NCBI RefSeq assembly: GCF_009914755.1
Contig: NC_060939.1
Source: the human T2T-CHM13v2.0 reference genome, Homo sapiens
DNA length: 64,000 nt
Direction: 5' to 3' (one strand)
Translations under genes and position numbers: made by a program
Notes under the pieces: generated by a model
Database searches by the model: none
Seen by the model: the letters and a program-made list of their open reading frames with translations, nothing else
What the model was told of the DNA's origin: nothing
Shown here: positions 1 through 14,579 of the stretch, piece after piece
How the letters are laid out: every line of letters starts with the position of its first letter
How positions within the stretch are numbered: position 1 is the stretch's first letter

Positions 1-391
1 TGACCATGTCATTTGATAAAAGGATGGTTTAAATTATTATAATTCCATGGTCTGTTAGGTTCTTCTTGAGTGATATTTCCATATTATTGTCAATATGGTT
101 AAAAGGTATAATTATTTAGGTTGAAGGGAAGTAGAAGTAGATGTATACAACAGATGGTAGCCTCTAGCTGAGATCCCAAGGAGAATATTCTGTTACTGGG
201 AAAGGGTGATTATGTGTTTATTTAGCAAACACAAAGTGTTTACCATGTGCCAGGCACTCTTTAAGCACTTTACAAATATTGCCTCATTAGTTTTCACAAG
301 TGCCCTGAGATGGGTACTGTTGTTAGCCCTATTTGATGAGGATACTGATGCACAGAGTGGTTAAGTAATTTCCTCAAGGTCACATAGCTAG

Positions 392-828
<437 letters not shown>

Positions 829-1080
829 TAAGTTCAAAGTAGAAACTTTTCATTGTCACCATTGTCCGTGAATGTAGTGATCTAAAAATTCTCTTTATCA
901 TTGTGCTTTAAATAGTGATTTAGTTTTGATCTTTAAATGTCAATAGACTATTGATACTTTGATCTTTAAATATCAAATATGTATAGATGTGTGAATATTG
1001 GAAAGAAAACATGAATAGTCACTTTTACAGTTCGGGTTTTTGTCTTAAAATTTTGTTGTAATTTCTCTTCCTAATCTTAG

Positions 1081-1203
1081 ATCTGCTTGAGAAGATGGTG
1101 CCTGTGTCAGTGCGGCAGTCTTTGGCTGCCTGTGATCAGAGGAAAGCCGATTTGTTAACAGATCAATTGCTCAGATGAGAGAAGCCACCACTTTGGCAAA
1201 TGG
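1081..1203 (+). pseudogene. PDCD6IP-like exon A, with 1-bp deletion
   Basis: cttag|ATCTG...AATGG|gtaggt. DLLEKMVPVSVRQSLAACDQRKADL then shifts frame to NRSIAQMREATTLANG (GATTTGTTAAC versus expected GAT TTG GTT AAC, near 1154). Confidence 0.92.
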
Positions 1204-1661
1204 GTAGGTAGAGCTTAATTTTAGAGCCTAAAGTTTTCCGTTTGGTTGTTCTTTAGTTTATGAACATTTTAGTTTCTGAGCTTAGAGCTAAATGCCAAGA
1301 GTATATAAAATGGAAAATGTAGACACACACTTACAACTATTTTTGGTGGACACTGTATTTATGAAGCTGTAGCAAATATAGTTGGAAGAAATTATAGAAA
1401 CAAGGTGAGGATATTTGACTAAAAATTTGTATTTTAAGAGATATTTATTTGGGGGAAATGAGAAGTAGAAATGAACTCAGATACATGGTACGTTTAGTGT
1501 TCTGAACCAATTTTTGTTTCTGATGGATTGAATACTAAGAAAATAATTCATTGGTTTAAAAAAATTTTAGGTATATTTTGCACACACGAAATACACCTAT
1601 TCTAAGTACACAGTTCAATTATTATATGTATATATGTGTGTATGTGTGTGTATATATATAT

Positions 1662-1997
1662 TTTTTTGTTTGTTTTGTTTTGTTTTTTGGGACAGGGTCT
1701 TACTGTCACCAGGCTGGAGTGCAGTGGTGTAAACATTAAACATGGCTCACTGCAGTCTCAACCTTCTGGGCTCAGGTGATCCTCCTGCCTCAGCCTCCTG
1801 TGTAGCTGAGGCCACAGGTGCAAGCCACCGCACCTGGCTAATTTTTTCATTTTTTTATAGAGATGAGATCTCGCTTTGTTGCCCAGGCTGGTCTTGAACT
1901 CCTGGGCTCCTGGTCTTGAACTCCTGGGCTCAAGTGATCCTCTTGCCTTGACCTCCCAAAGTGCTGGGATTACAGGCATGAGCCACCATGCCTGGCT
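1662..1997 (-). mobile_element. AluJ, with small internal duplication
   Basis: Antisense Alu; CTGGTCTTGAACTCCTGGGCTC occurs twice. Confidence 0.9.
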
Positions 1998-1999
1998 AT

Positions 2000-2880
2000 T
2001 TAGTTAGTTTTGATAAATGTATGTACCCATGTAACCGGCACTATGATTAAGATAGAGAACATTACTGTTACCCTAAAAAAATTCTCTCATGCCCCTTTCC
2101 CAGTCCTTCTTCTCCTGGCCCCTGGCCACTATTGATCTACTCCCTGTCTTAAGTTTAGTTTTACTTTTTATACAATTTAAAATACATGTAATCATTCTAG
2201 CATATACATATACAGTACTTACAGTATGTACAATATATACTTAGAATGTGTTTTGCTTTTTTTCACTTAGTTACTGTTTTTGAGATTCATCTATATTATG
2301 TGTATCAGTTTGAGTCTTTTCTATGGCTGAGCAGTATTCCATTTTATGGTTATGGAGTAGTATTCCATTTTATGGTTGTAGAGCAGTTTGTTAACTCTTT
2401 CACCTGTTAATGGACATTTCAGTTTCTATGAACATTTGTGTATAAATCTTCATGTGGACATATTTTAGTTCTCTTGGGTAAATACTTAGGAGTGGAATTG
2501 TTAGGTTGTGTGGTTAGCATATTTAATTTTACATGAAATTGCCAGGTTGTTTTCCAAAGTGGTTGTTCCATTTTATATCCTATCTGCACTGTTTGAGAAA
2601 TACAGTTGTTTGGCATCCTCACCAATACTTGGTACCGTCAGTCTTTTTAGTTTTAGCTGCTTTAGTGTGTGTGTAGCAGAATCTCACTGTGATTTAATTT
2701 ACATTCTCCTAATTACTAATGATACTGAACAGCTTTTCATGTGCTTACTAGCCATTCATATCTTTTCTGTAAAGTGTCTATTGAAATCTTTTTCTCAGTT
2801 TTTAAAACTGAGTTTTCTTAATATTTAAAGAGTTCTTTACATATTTTGGAGGCAAGTCCTTTGTCAGATACATACATTGA
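2000..2880 (-). mobile_element. Old L1M 3' fragment
   Basis: Degenerate antisense L1 ORF2 end (QPLWKTTW...YPK-like). Confidence 0.75.
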
Positions 2881-2885
2881 GAATA

Positions 2886-3319
2886 TAGTTGACCCTGAAC
2901 AACATAGGGGTAATGGGTGCTGACCCCCCTGCACAGTCAAATCTGCATATAACTTCTGAGTCCCCAAAACTTAACTACTAATAGCCTGCTGTTGACCAGA
3001 AGCCTTACCGATAACATAAACAGTCAATTAACACATATTTTGTATATGTATTATATAGTATATTCTTATAATAAATAAGCTAGAGAAAAAATGCTATTAA
3101 GAAAATCATAAGGAAGAGAAAATATATTTACTATGATTAAATGGAAGTGGATCATCATAAAGGTCTTCGTCCTTGTCTATTTCATGTTTGAGTAGGCTGA
3201 GGAAGAGGAGGAAGGAGGGTTGGTCTTGCTGTCTTAGAGGTGGCAAAGGTGAAAGAGGTGGAAGTCCACATATACATGGACTCACGTAGTTCAAATCTGT
3301 GTTGTTCAGGGGCCAGCTG
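2886..3319 (-). mobile_element. Tigger2a (MER28) DNA transposon
   Basis: Terminal inverted repeats TAGTTGACCCTGAACAACA / TGTTGTTCAGGGGCCAGCTG, TA target sites, and DEDLYDDPLP remnant. Confidence 0.85.
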
Positions 3320-3884
3320 TATTTCTCTCGTAGTTGGCTTGCCTTTTCATGTGTTTAGTTTTGATTAATGCATGGATTTTACCATCATTTTTCTTGAACA
3401 AGAAAGGAATGTAAGTTTACTCTAGCATATGATAAACAGGCAGTCTGAGATTTTACAGAGCTTTTCTGAGGAGTTCATTGTATTCCATCATTTCATTTGC
3501 CTTTTTTCTTTACATAGTAGGTAGGGATATGTACCTCCCTTCCCCATCATGTAAATGAAATAACTGAGGAATTGTTAGTGTGCTACAAAACCGAGAACAG
3601 ATGAAGATTCTGTAATGAAGACTTAGATCATCTATCTTCTGTTGACATTTTGCCTAGATGATGTGAAATTATAATTATTGATTCTGTTGAAAGAGAGCAA
3701 AAAAGAAAAAAATAACTATTTTGTGTATTGTTTCTGACTCGTTACAGATGCTGTAACAATCAAAAGTATAAAAGACTGCTTTTTTAGGATAGAATTTTTG
3801 ACTTTTAATTACTTAGACTGAAAGAAGTTTGAACTGTAAGCCAACGATACCTAATATATTTTAATGCGGTCATAATTTTTCGGC

Positions 3885-4180
3885 TTTTTTTTTTTTTTTC
3901 CAGACGGAGTCTTACTCTGTCGCCCAGGCTGGAGTGCAGTGGTGAGATCTCGGCTCACTGCAACCTTCGTCTCCTGGCTTCAGGTGATTCTTGTGCCTCA
4001 GCCTCCCAAGTAGCTGGGATTATAGGTGCTCACCACTACGCCTGACTAATTTTTGTATTTTTAGTAGAGATGGGGTTTCACCATGTTGGCCAGGCTGGTC
4101 TCGAATTCCTGACCTCAGGTGATCCGCCCGCCTTGGCCTCCCAAGTGCTGGGATTACAGGTGTGAGCCACTGCACCAGCC
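3885..4180 (-). mobile_element. Alu (S-type)
   Basis: Full antisense Alu. Confidence 0.95.
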
Positions 4181-4432
4181 TATTTTTTGGCTTTTAATTC
4201 TGAATTGTGAACTTAATTTTTTAATGATTTTGGTTTAATTGTATCAATCACTGATTTTTTTGTTTTTCTGTTAATCTTTGCTTTGTTTTTCATTGATAGG
4301 GCTTATCCAGTTTTTCTGGGTGCTAACTCCATTGCTGTTGATTTGGTTATAGAAGATTAAATTAAATAAAATAAATATTGATGAGTTAAATTGTTTTAGA
4401 CTTCAATATAACATAGTATCTCATTTTTTCAG

Positions 4433-4610
4433 GGTGCTAGCTTCCCTTAATCTTCCAGCAGCAATTGAAGATGTGTCTGGAGACACTGTACCTCAGTCTA
4501 TATTGACTAAATCCAGATCTGTGATTGAACAGGGAGGCATCCAGACTGTTGATCAGTTGATTAAAGAACTGCCTGAATTGCTGCAATGAAATAGAGAAAT
4601 CCTAGATGAG
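4433..4610 (+). pseudogene. PDCD6IP-like exon B, nonsense TGA at 4587-4589
   Basis: ttcag|GGTGCTAG...GATGAG|gtatgt; VLASLNLPAAIEDVSGDTVPQSILTKSRSVIEQGGIQTVDQLIKELPELLQ*NREILDE. Confidence 0.95.
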
Positions 4611-5914
4611 GTATGTTTTATAAGATTTGCTTTTCAAGTATAAACACTGTGATCCCTTGATGTCCAGCAGGGATTGGGACTGGAGACTTCCTCATGCTAG
4701 TGCTCACAGTGTAGTTAGTATTCATCACTTTGGTGAATTTACTGTGGCCCAGAGCCTTCTCTTTAGCATAAGAGAAATTCTGGTTGAGTGAGAATGGGTT
4801 TCATTTTTATCTTAAGGGTAAGTAAGTACACATTAATGAAACTCAAATGACCACTGTGTAAAACTAGTATACTGTGAGAAATCAACTATCATACAAACTG
4901 TTCAGTCTTTGTAATTATTGATTTATTTTATACATAGCGTGTAGCAAGATTTTTCTTTTTAGTTTGTCTTAACCTGGAAGGTTAAACCCTTTAATTTATC
5001 CCTAATTTCTTGAAATATATTAAATATATTTATTTTATATTATTTATCTTATAATTCCAATGTCTGTAGTTTCTGTGGGTTTGATTCTATGATTTGTGAT
5101 TTTTGCTGATTCTTGCTTATGGTGGCTTGTTTTCTCTTGTGTTCAGTTTTTTTGTTACTGTTTTTTAAAACTTTAAAAAATAGTTTCAGATTTACAGAGA
5201 CTTTGCAAATTTAGTGTAGAAAGTTCCTGTATATTTTTCACCTAGCTTCCCTGAAAGTTAAAATCTTACGTGGTCATGGCACATTTGTTAAAACTAGGAA
5301 ATTGACATTGGTACAGTATTATTACTCCGATTTTACCAGTTATTCCACCAATGTTCCTCCTTCTGTTCCAAGATCCAGTACAGAATACTGAATTGCATTT
5401 AGTGTTCAGTGAGTTTTGATTGTGCATTCATATTTCCTGTAATTTATTTGTGGGAATTCATTGAGATCTGGGTTTAAGGTGAATTCTAGAAAGAATTTGT
5501 GTTTGCTTCTGCCATAAAAAGGCATTATATACCTGGCACCTCCTCAAACTTAAGAGGTTTTTTCTTTTCTTTTATAATCTTTTAATTATAGTAGTAATTT
5601 ATCTTAGGACTTTGTGTCACACAAATAGTGTGGTTTCTAGTCCCAAGTTCAGGCTTTTGATCAGGAATCTCAGATAATACTTCTTTTTTTTTTTCTTTTT
5701 TCTTTAGAGCCAAGGTCCAGACAGGCATGTTTTCTTCTGTAGGGCAGTTTTCTGTTTTAAAAATTCATCCACTGAGAATCATCTATTTGGAAGTATACCA
5801 GTTTGAGTGTGGAGAGTGCTTTTGATCTGACCTCTCACCTTTTATTGTCCCTACCTATGTTTCTTGTTGACTTTTCATGTTCTAAATTCACAATGCAAGT
5901 CAATGGTGAACTAC

Positions 5915-6100
5915 ACAGCTGGTGAACTATGGATGGTGGGCCAGTGCAGGCTTGTGGCCTACTTTTGTGTGGTTCACTAGTTAAGGATAATTTTTATCTT
6001 TTTTAGAGCATTGTCAAAAAAGAAGAATTCTATGTGCCATAGACTGTGGCCCACAAAGCCTAAAATATTTACTCTGTGGTGTTTGACAGAAGTTTGCTAT
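5915..6100 (+). mobile_element. MER58-like hAT element (degenerate)
   Basis: TGTGGCCCACAAAGCCTAAAATATTTACT terminal motif. Confidence 0.6.
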
Positions 6101-6639
6101 TCTTTGTCCTAAGCTATCGGGGATTGTCATAAATTGTTGGTGCTAGCACTGTGTCTACTGGTAGATTAGTATTTTCTTGTGTTTCTGGCCCCCTACTATC
6201 CTGTCATCTTATCTACACATTAAAAGGCATTTAAAAATATATTAAACATAATTTTCTGTTTGTTGTATTGGAATGAAAGTCTAAATCTTTTATTTTTTAA
6301 TGTAATTGATCAGTTTTTCCCCTTTGTTTATGGCTTCTATTTATCTATTTTAATCTTAAAACTTTCTTTAAATTGATATATGGATGTAAATAGTCTCTTA
6401 TGTATTCTTTTTTTTTTTACTGAGAAAGGTGATAGCTAATTCAGCCTTAAATTTATAAGACTTTTTGTTAAATGCATTATAACTTAGATGTCTGCAAGAA
6501 AAAAGTCGATTTATATTCTAACCTAGTATTCCCATCTCACCAAATTCTCCCTTATATTGTGTATGAACAATTTATTAAATGCATTAAATTTTTTAATCCA
6601 GAAATGACATTTCAGGGTTCTTTTTGCTTCCTTTTAAAG

Positions 6640-6751
6640 TCATTAAGGTTGTTGGATGAAGAAGAAGCAACCGATAATGATTTATGAGCAAAATTTAAGG
6701 AACGCTGGCAAAGGACATCATCCAATGAACTGTATAAGCCTTTAAGAGCAG
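6640..6751 (+). pseudogene. PDCD6IP-like exon C, nonsense TGA at 6685-6687
   Basis: taaag|TCATTA...GCAG|gtaaaa; SLRLLDEEEATDNDL*AKFKERWQRTSSNELYKPLRA. Confidence 0.95.
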
Positions 6752-7002
6752 GTAAAAATGTGTATAAATGACCTTCATTTGAATAAATTCCCAATTTGGA
6801 CCCACATTTTTACTTGATTAAATTAGGCTCAGTTGTAAATTTGTTTTTACCGAAACTGTTTTTCCTCAGTTTTAGTATAAAGATTAAAAAAGTTCACAAA
6901 AGTGATCTGCCAATTGTCAGAAGTACAGATTCTTAAGAACGGTATAAAGGGAAAAGTTAAAATGGTCCTCCAACTTTCATTTTCTGTTCCAAGCTCTGTG
7001 CA

Positions 7003-7312
7003 TATTTTATTTTATTTTATTTTATTTTTTGAGACAAGGTCTCGCTCTGTCACTTAGGCTGGAGTGCAGTGGCAGGATCACAGCTCGCTGCAGCCCCAAC
7101 CTCCAGGGCTCAGGCAATCCTTCTACCTCAGCCTCCTGAGTAGCTGACACCGTAGACATGTGCTACCACGCCTGGCTAATTTTTGTATTTTTTGCAGAGA
7201 CGAGGTTTTACCGTGTTGCCCTGGCTTGTCTTGAACTCCTGGGCTCAAGTGATCCACCTGCCTCCACTTCCCAAAGTGATGAGATTACAGGCTTGAATCA
7301 CCATGCCTGGCC
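7003..7312 (-). mobile_element. AluJ
   Basis: Antisense Alu, TSD-like TG(T/C)GCATATTTT. Confidence 0.92.
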
Positions 7313-7947
7313 CCTGCGCATATTTTAAAAACATAAATGAGAGCATATTACATTTATGGCTTTGTAATTTTTTTTTCATTTAGTAGTGAATCCTGGGTGG
7401 TAAAAAAAAATGAGCTTTAAGTTATTTTGAGGCCAAATTTATGCTTCTTAAGACTTTGATTATGAAGATTTTGTGCTTGCTGAGATAAATGCTGTCTTCA
7501 TGGTGGCTGGAGATTAGTTTTATTTGTCTTTGTAAAAAGTTTGTATATTATTGAGATTTTTCTAAAAATCTTTTTTTTTTAAGTCACATTGCTCTTTTGA
7601 GAGAGGAATACTTTTAAAATAAATGGACCAATTTTTGGAGAGAATGATTTCTTCCTACATTCATGAGTTGTAGGAAAAGATTAATATTAATTAGGTTTTA
7701 TTTGGCAGATAGTAACCTCCAAATGTATTTTAAGGTATAGCTATGCTTTTGATTTTATAAGTGATTTTGTCATCTTTCCAAAAACGAGAACGCAAAGACT
7801 GTTAGGAGGTGTTTTTATGATTAAGTGAATTGGGGTCTAGAGAAGGGGAAGATAAGTAAAGTTGGAGACTAGAACTCAACATATAACCAGGCCATACACG
7901 TTGCTGTTAGAATCACTTCTGTGCTCTGCAAACCTATTTTCTCCCAG

Positions 7948-8117
7948 AGGGAACCAGCTTCAGAACAGTTTTAGATAAAGCTGTGCAAGCAGATGGACAC
8001 GTGAAAGAATGTTACCCGTCTCATCGTGACCCCATCGTGCTTTTGTGTAAGCCAGAGCCTGAGCTGAATGCTGTCATCCCTTCTGCTAATCCAGCAAAGA
8101 CCATGCAGGGCAGTGAG
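7948..8117 (+). pseudogene. PDCD6IP-like exon D (open frame)
   Basis: cccag|AGGGAACC...AGTGAG|gtgaga; GTSFRTVLDKAVQADGHVKECYPSHRDPIVLLCKPEPELNAVIPSANPAKTMQGSE. Confidence 0.95.
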
Positions 8118-9229
8118 GTGAGAAGGGCACTTTGATGTGGGTTGTCATCTGCTTAAGAAAACCACATTCAAGCCATTTTATATAATGCACTGCCAATTCC
8201 TTATTGTCATCTTTAAAAAAATGCAGAAATAAATTGGGGTTGTTATATTTCAAGTAGTATATGGACTGTGTAATAGGAAATTATACTAATATTAACTATC
8301 CTGTAATAGTCACTTCCATTTATTGAATGCCCCTTTTTGAACTAAATTTTAGATAATTCATAGGTCAACAGTATTTAATTTGGGTTTTATAAAAGAGAGA
8401 AGCTTGGAAGTATAGAAATTTCCTGAAATGAAAGGACTGGGTATGGCCAGATACACAAATTCTTTATTTCTTCCATTGTTCTATACTCCCTTCCACCTTG
8501 TTTCCCCGGGACTACCTTTGAAGGGAAGATTGGCAAGGTGTGCGTGTTAATAAATGGATAGCTCCGTCATGGTGTTTCTACTGATGACAGGAAAGAGAGA
8601 ATTGAATAGTAGGGCATCTGATTTGGAAAGTCCTAAGAGAAAGTGCAAGTATAATTTAATGGCCTATCACGGGGAGGTAGGGTAAGTTAGTAGGAAAAGA
8701 TAGAGGTCCCAAATCTCTGCACAGGAAAACAAGCCAAAGGGCAAGAAATACTGCTGAAAACTTCTTGAAAAAAGTGAATTTCCTGGGATAGTAAGTTCTG
8801 AAAAGTATGAGTTTTGTTTCTTATTTGTCATTCCGCAGAAGCATTTTATATATTTCATATATGTATTCCAAGACCTACTGGATATCTGCTCTGTGTAAGG
8901 CACTATGGTAGGTACATTGGAAAATTAACATACAAATTATACACAGGCTTTACCCTCAATTTATGATCCTTTGTGGAATATTAGTCATGTACAGGGATGA
9001 CTGTGATATAGGGAAGAAGTTTAAAAATGTCACAGGGAAAGTATAGGAAGTATGTTATGAGGATTTAGATGAAGTACTTAAAATTTCAGTAATTTGGAGT
9101 AGTTCTCTTCAGAGGCTTCTTAAGAGATTGGCACATTATGAGAACAGAGTGGATAGGCAGAAAAAGTAAACGTGTAGGATCAGAGAAGGGCTGAGTAGTG
9201 GCTGTGTCTAGAGAGTTATCCGAGGTTCA

Positions 9230-10807
9230 GAGGATCTGCAAACACAGCTTTTACTCCTGATTTCTCGTGACAGAAGGTTTATAGACATGTTGAGAATGGC
9301 TGGAATCTGTTTATTTATTTATTCACCAAGTGTTTGAAGGCCTGCTATTCCAGAGCAGTGCTGAGCACCTTGGTCCCTAACATAAAGAGACAAAAAACTG
9401 CTCTGGGTTACCTTTAGTGTAGGGTAAATGCACAGGTACCGGGCACCTCTCAAAGGGAAGAGAAGGCTACGTAGTTGAATGTGCATTGAACCTGAATCTA
9501 ACGGGGGAACCCAGTGGAACAGGGAATGTGAGTTGTTGCTTTGAGGACATAGCGGAGAAAAGGGAGGTGGTCAGAAGATTAACTTGTGAGCAACAAAGAA
9601 CCCGAAGAAGAAACTGTAGACCCTTGGAAGAGCAATACATTCTGGTACCTTTTTATTTTAGAAAAAGATCTCTGTTTAGTACTCTCTTTGTATTCTTTTT
9701 GGTGTCTTGTACATGACTCAGAATTATGTGGCTTTTGTCCTTTGATTCTTCTGCTTTCAGTAGAAAAGTAAAAATGGTTTGTGCTAAGCAAAATCTGCAT
9801 TGGTATGCACTGATTTGTTGATATTTTATTCAGTTGTATCAGTTTTATTAGTCCTTACTTGTGTTACACAGGAGAAAGGAACTTTTATAGTCAATATGAA
9901 GTAATTTTTTGGAAGCTAGATTTCTTGATGGGGTAACCACAAAAATTTCAGTACTCTCTATATATTCGTTTGTCTTGTGCCTTAATCAAATAAGGCAAGC
10001 ATCAGGTTTATCAGAGCTATTTCAGATGGTTGTCGTAATAGTTGATGACGCATTTTAGCCAGAATTTTTATGTTAAAACTCAGTTTTTTGATTGCTGATT
10101 AGAGTGATGCAATGTACATGTTTTATTAAAAAGTCCAAGTTTGATGGTAGGGCTGTTTTTTCTTTTATTGTGAAGTAGCCTACTTTCTAGTTACTTATTT
10201 TCAGTCTCTTTGGGCATCTGGTTTTAGATATTGAGATACTCTGAAAAATTTTGCAGACTAGTGGTCATTTGTATTTCAAGATTTTTGTATTAAATACCTA
10301 GGATCACTGCTTGTGATTGGTTGCCTGTGATCTACTGTGGCCTGAAGTCTGGTCTGTGGTTGGCTGGCCAAGCCTTGGCCCTAATGTATATGGGGCTGAG
10401 TCTAGCCAGAGGAAGGAACATCTATTTTTTTGCACAAGGATGATGTTCAATTATACTCAAAGTGTTACATCTGCTGGGAGTAGTGGAGGGGGTACCTTTG
10501 AAAAAAAAAACCCTTTATCTCCTTAGAGGTAGAGCATAAAGAGAACTGTTTAAAACTGTGTGCCCTCCCAGAGGAGTGCCTTTTTTGGATTCACAGACTA
10601 GTGGAGGATCTGCAAACACAGCTTTTACTCCTGATTTCTCGTGACAGAAAGTTTATAGACATGTTGAGAATGGCTGGAATCTGTTTGTTTATTTACTCAC
10701 CAAGTGTTTTTTGAAGGCCTACTATTCCAGAACTGTGCTGAGTACCTTGGTTCCTAACATAAAGAGACAAAAAACTCCCCTAGGTTACCTTTAGTGTAGG
10801 GTAAATG
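9230..10807 (+). repeat. ~200-bp imperfect direct repeat (9230-9430 and 10604-10807)
   Basis: GAGGATCTGCAAACACAGC...TTAGTGTAGGGTAAATG occurs twice with scattered mismatches. Confidence 0.95.
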
Positions 10808-10895
10808 TATCAAGTTTCTGCATTCCTTGCTGTAGACATTGTTGCTTATTTGCCTTTTCTGAAAATAAAATGACAAGGTTATAAAAGTAAAATAG

Positions 10896-11217
<322 letters not shown>

Positions 11218-11291
11218 CATTGAGGGCATTTCTTATGTCTCATATTGTACTTGGTGCTGTTAAATGCCACAGAGGGTTTTAAATCTAAAAC

Positions 11292-11638
11292 TCAGGTCAG
11301 GAACCTGTGGCTTGTGGGCCGAATCCTCTGCCTCTTCTCTTTGTATGGCCTGGGAGCCAGGAATGAGTTTTACATTTTTTAAATATAAAACTCTACTTTC
11401 TACTTCATTTTTTAAATGGCTAAAAAAAAGTCAAACGAATGTTTTAATATGTGGGCATTATATAAAATTCAGATTTCAGTGTTAATACATTTTTGTTGAA
11501 ACATAGCTGCGCTCATTCATTTACACATTGTCTTTCACACTGCAAAGCAGAGTTAAAGAGTTGCAACAGAGACTGTGGCCTACTGAGGCAAAAATATTTT
11601 CTGTTTGGTCCTTTACCAAAAAAGTTTGTAAGTTCCTG
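11292..11638 (+). mobile_element. MER58B hAT transposon
   Basis: AAATTCAGATTTCAGTG...AGTTGCAACAGAGACTGTGGCC...AAAATATTT...AAAAGTTTG motifs. Confidence 0.75.
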
Positions 11639-13414
11639 ATCTGAAAGACAAAGTATTGACAGCCTAGGTGATGCCATTCCTGCCATTCTGTTTGACCTCA
11701 TCTCCTGTTCTGCCTTTTGTTTACTATGCTTCAGCCAGAGTGGCCTTTTTTTCTTTCCTTTGATCCTGCCAAGCTTGTGCCTGCCACAGGACTGTTACAT
11801 TTGCGTTTCCTTCTGTGCAGGGCTTTCTTCCCATTTCCATGGCTATTACCTCTTTTTCATTAGTCTCAGATGTCACCTCTTCTCCATCTTTGTCATTGTC
11901 TACCCACATTATTCTATTTTTGTGTATTTGTTTAATCCTCCCCTTTCCATATTTATTTAATCCTCTCTGGTCTGCGAATGAAGGAAAAGACTGTTTTTGT
12001 TAGTAGTTGTGTCCATAGCATCTAGAATGGTCCCAAAACAAAAAGCATTTGTTTGAATGATCATCGCTGGCAGCTTTAACTTAATAAAGGGACACATTTA
12101 ATTGCAGTTGAAAGATAGCTGGAGCTGTGTATAAGAAATAAATACGCTAGGATTCTAATTATTTATATACTTTGATAACATGTTAAACCTCAAATTTGAA
12201 TTTATAAGAAAATTTAGGCAGTGGTTTTCTTATTATCATGGTCATTCATTTGTGGAAGCAGTTTAATTCATTTTCTACTTCATTTACTCTGTTAAAATGA
12301 GGCGAGTGTCATATAATCTGAAATATGTTAAACTAGTGCACTGCATATGAATTTTTTTAAAAAGATGTTCGTAATATAAGGGATCTCTATCTTTGTGTGG
12401 TAGTCCACAAGTTTGTTCATAAATTCGTTGTTTGAAATGGCATTTTTTCCCCAGAAAGTTAGAATTATTGCATTTTTGAATATCACAGGATTTGTTAACT
12501 ATTTGGCCCTCTGTATCAGTCTGGTTAGAAAGCTTCTGTATCAGTCTGGTTGGATACCATGGAAGTTGCGGTTAGCTTTTCTTCCTAATCTAGGTAATAT
12601 GATTGAATACTTACCCTTTGTTAGAAGTTATGTTGAGCACTTTATATAGATTATCTCAGTCTTCACAACAGTCCTGAAATAGGTACTACTATGCCCATTT
12701 TGCAGCTGCGAAAATTGAGTTTTCTACGTAGTAACCTGTCCTTGATTGCACAGTCACTAAGCCCATTATGGTCTCTAAGGGAGTATAGTCCGAGTTGAAG
12801 TGTTTTTAATTTTCTATGTAATTACGTTTTTTCTGTGTAATTACGTTTCACTTTGATAGACCATTAGTTCATTTGTTTCCATATTCAAGTTTTGACTTAA
12901 TCTTGTTTTCTGAGTGTGTAAAAAATGTTCATGATTCAAAAGGTACATGCAGAGTAAGCCTCATTCCTTTTCCTTCTACTTCTTTCCTGTATACTTCCTG
13001 TAAGTAACCATATCCGTTAGTTTCTGGTTTGTCCTTACTGATTTTCTTTTTGCAAGAACAACAACAAACAAAAAACCCAACCTCCCCCAAAATTATGCAT
13101 ACATATGTATACATATGTACATATTATGTATGTGTATATTTATTTTCTGATTTTCCTTCTGTCTTACTCAAATTGCAGCACACTATATATGCTTTTGTAC
13201 CCTTTTTTTCTCATTTAATAATATGTCCTGGAAGTCACTTGGAAGGAAACTTTTATTCACATCGTCTGATATCAAGTTCTACTAGGTCTTTAAACAGACT
13301 TTGTCATATCCACCCACGTATGATTCTTTCTCCTCCTCCTTCCTTTTAGAGTTTCTGTGGTTTGATGCTTTCTAGACTCTAGGAATCATATTTCTTTCTC
13401 TTTCCACAGCCTTC

Positions 13415-13516
13415 TCCCCTGTACCCTCTTCTTTCTCTCCCTCCCTTTCTCCTTCCCTTCCCCCTTCCTTCCTCTCTTCTCCCCCTCCCCCTTCTCTTCC
13501 TTTCCTTTCCTTCCAT
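13415..13516 (+). repeat. CT-rich polypyrimidine tract
   Basis: About 100 nt of almost pure C/T. Confidence 0.9.
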
Positions 13517-14015
13517 TTTAAAATTAGGATGTTTAGAAGATACGGATGTAAACGAGGCCAAAAAGGAAATTCGCCTACATTTAGCAGAAACCTCGAGTCT
13601 CTGGTCTTCACAAAGGGATGTTACTTTGGATGTTCCTATCAAGGAGTTAACTAAGACTGTGGAAGAAAGAGTAGGGTAGGAATTTTTAGAAACAGGCAGT
13701 TGGTAGGGGGATCATGGGAATTGGACTTGCTGCTGGTAATGAGAAAGACAGGGGTGGAGACAGGGCTCATGATGTCCTCTTCTTCCTTTGTCTTTCCCCC
13801 GGTTTTCTTTCTATGAGCATCATTGGGGCAAGCAGAATAGGGAGATTGGGTTGATGTTCTTGGTGGTCCTAGCAAAGTATGAAGAGATGAGTGAAAGGGC
13901 AGCTTGAAAGTGCTCATTAGAAGGCACTTGAACACTATGAATATAAAGGGGTATTTATGAATCAGGTGGGTATAAGTCAGAGAGTGTCTTGACTGAATAC
14001 AAGAGATAAATCTCT

Positions 14016-14306
14016 GTTTTGTTTTTGTGTTTTGTTTTGACACAGGGTTTCTCTCTGTCACCCAGGCTGGAGTGCAGTGGCGTGATCATGGCTCACTGCA
14101 GCCTTGACCCCCTGGGCTGAAGCAATCCTCCTGCCTCAGCCTCTGAAGTAGCTGTGACTGCAGGTGCACACCATTGCACCCAACTAATTTTTTTTTAATG
14201 TAGAAATGGGGGTCTCACTTTGTTGCCTGGGCTGGTCTCGAACTCCTAGGCTCAGGTGATCCTCCTAAAGTGCTGGGATTGCAGGTATGAACCTCTACAT
14301 CTGGCC
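14016..14306 (-). mobile_element. AluJ
   Basis: Antisense Alu. Confidence 0.9.
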
Positions 14307-14579
14307 TAAAACTCTTAATGCTATGAAGAGAGGCACAAGAACCCTCTTTCCCTTTCCTCTCCTGGTGTATAAAATAAATGCGGTATATACCTTTATATCT
14401 GTGTCTTTCTCTATTTCTTTCTCCATCTACCGTGCTTGCTTCATAACTATCTCTATTTCTATCTTCACCTCTATTTCTCTATATCTCTATCTCTCAGTCT
14501 CTCTAGGCAAAATAGGATATCTACTTATCTAGCAAACTCATACCTTCCCCTGCTTCACAGCCATGATTGGGAGGGAGTA

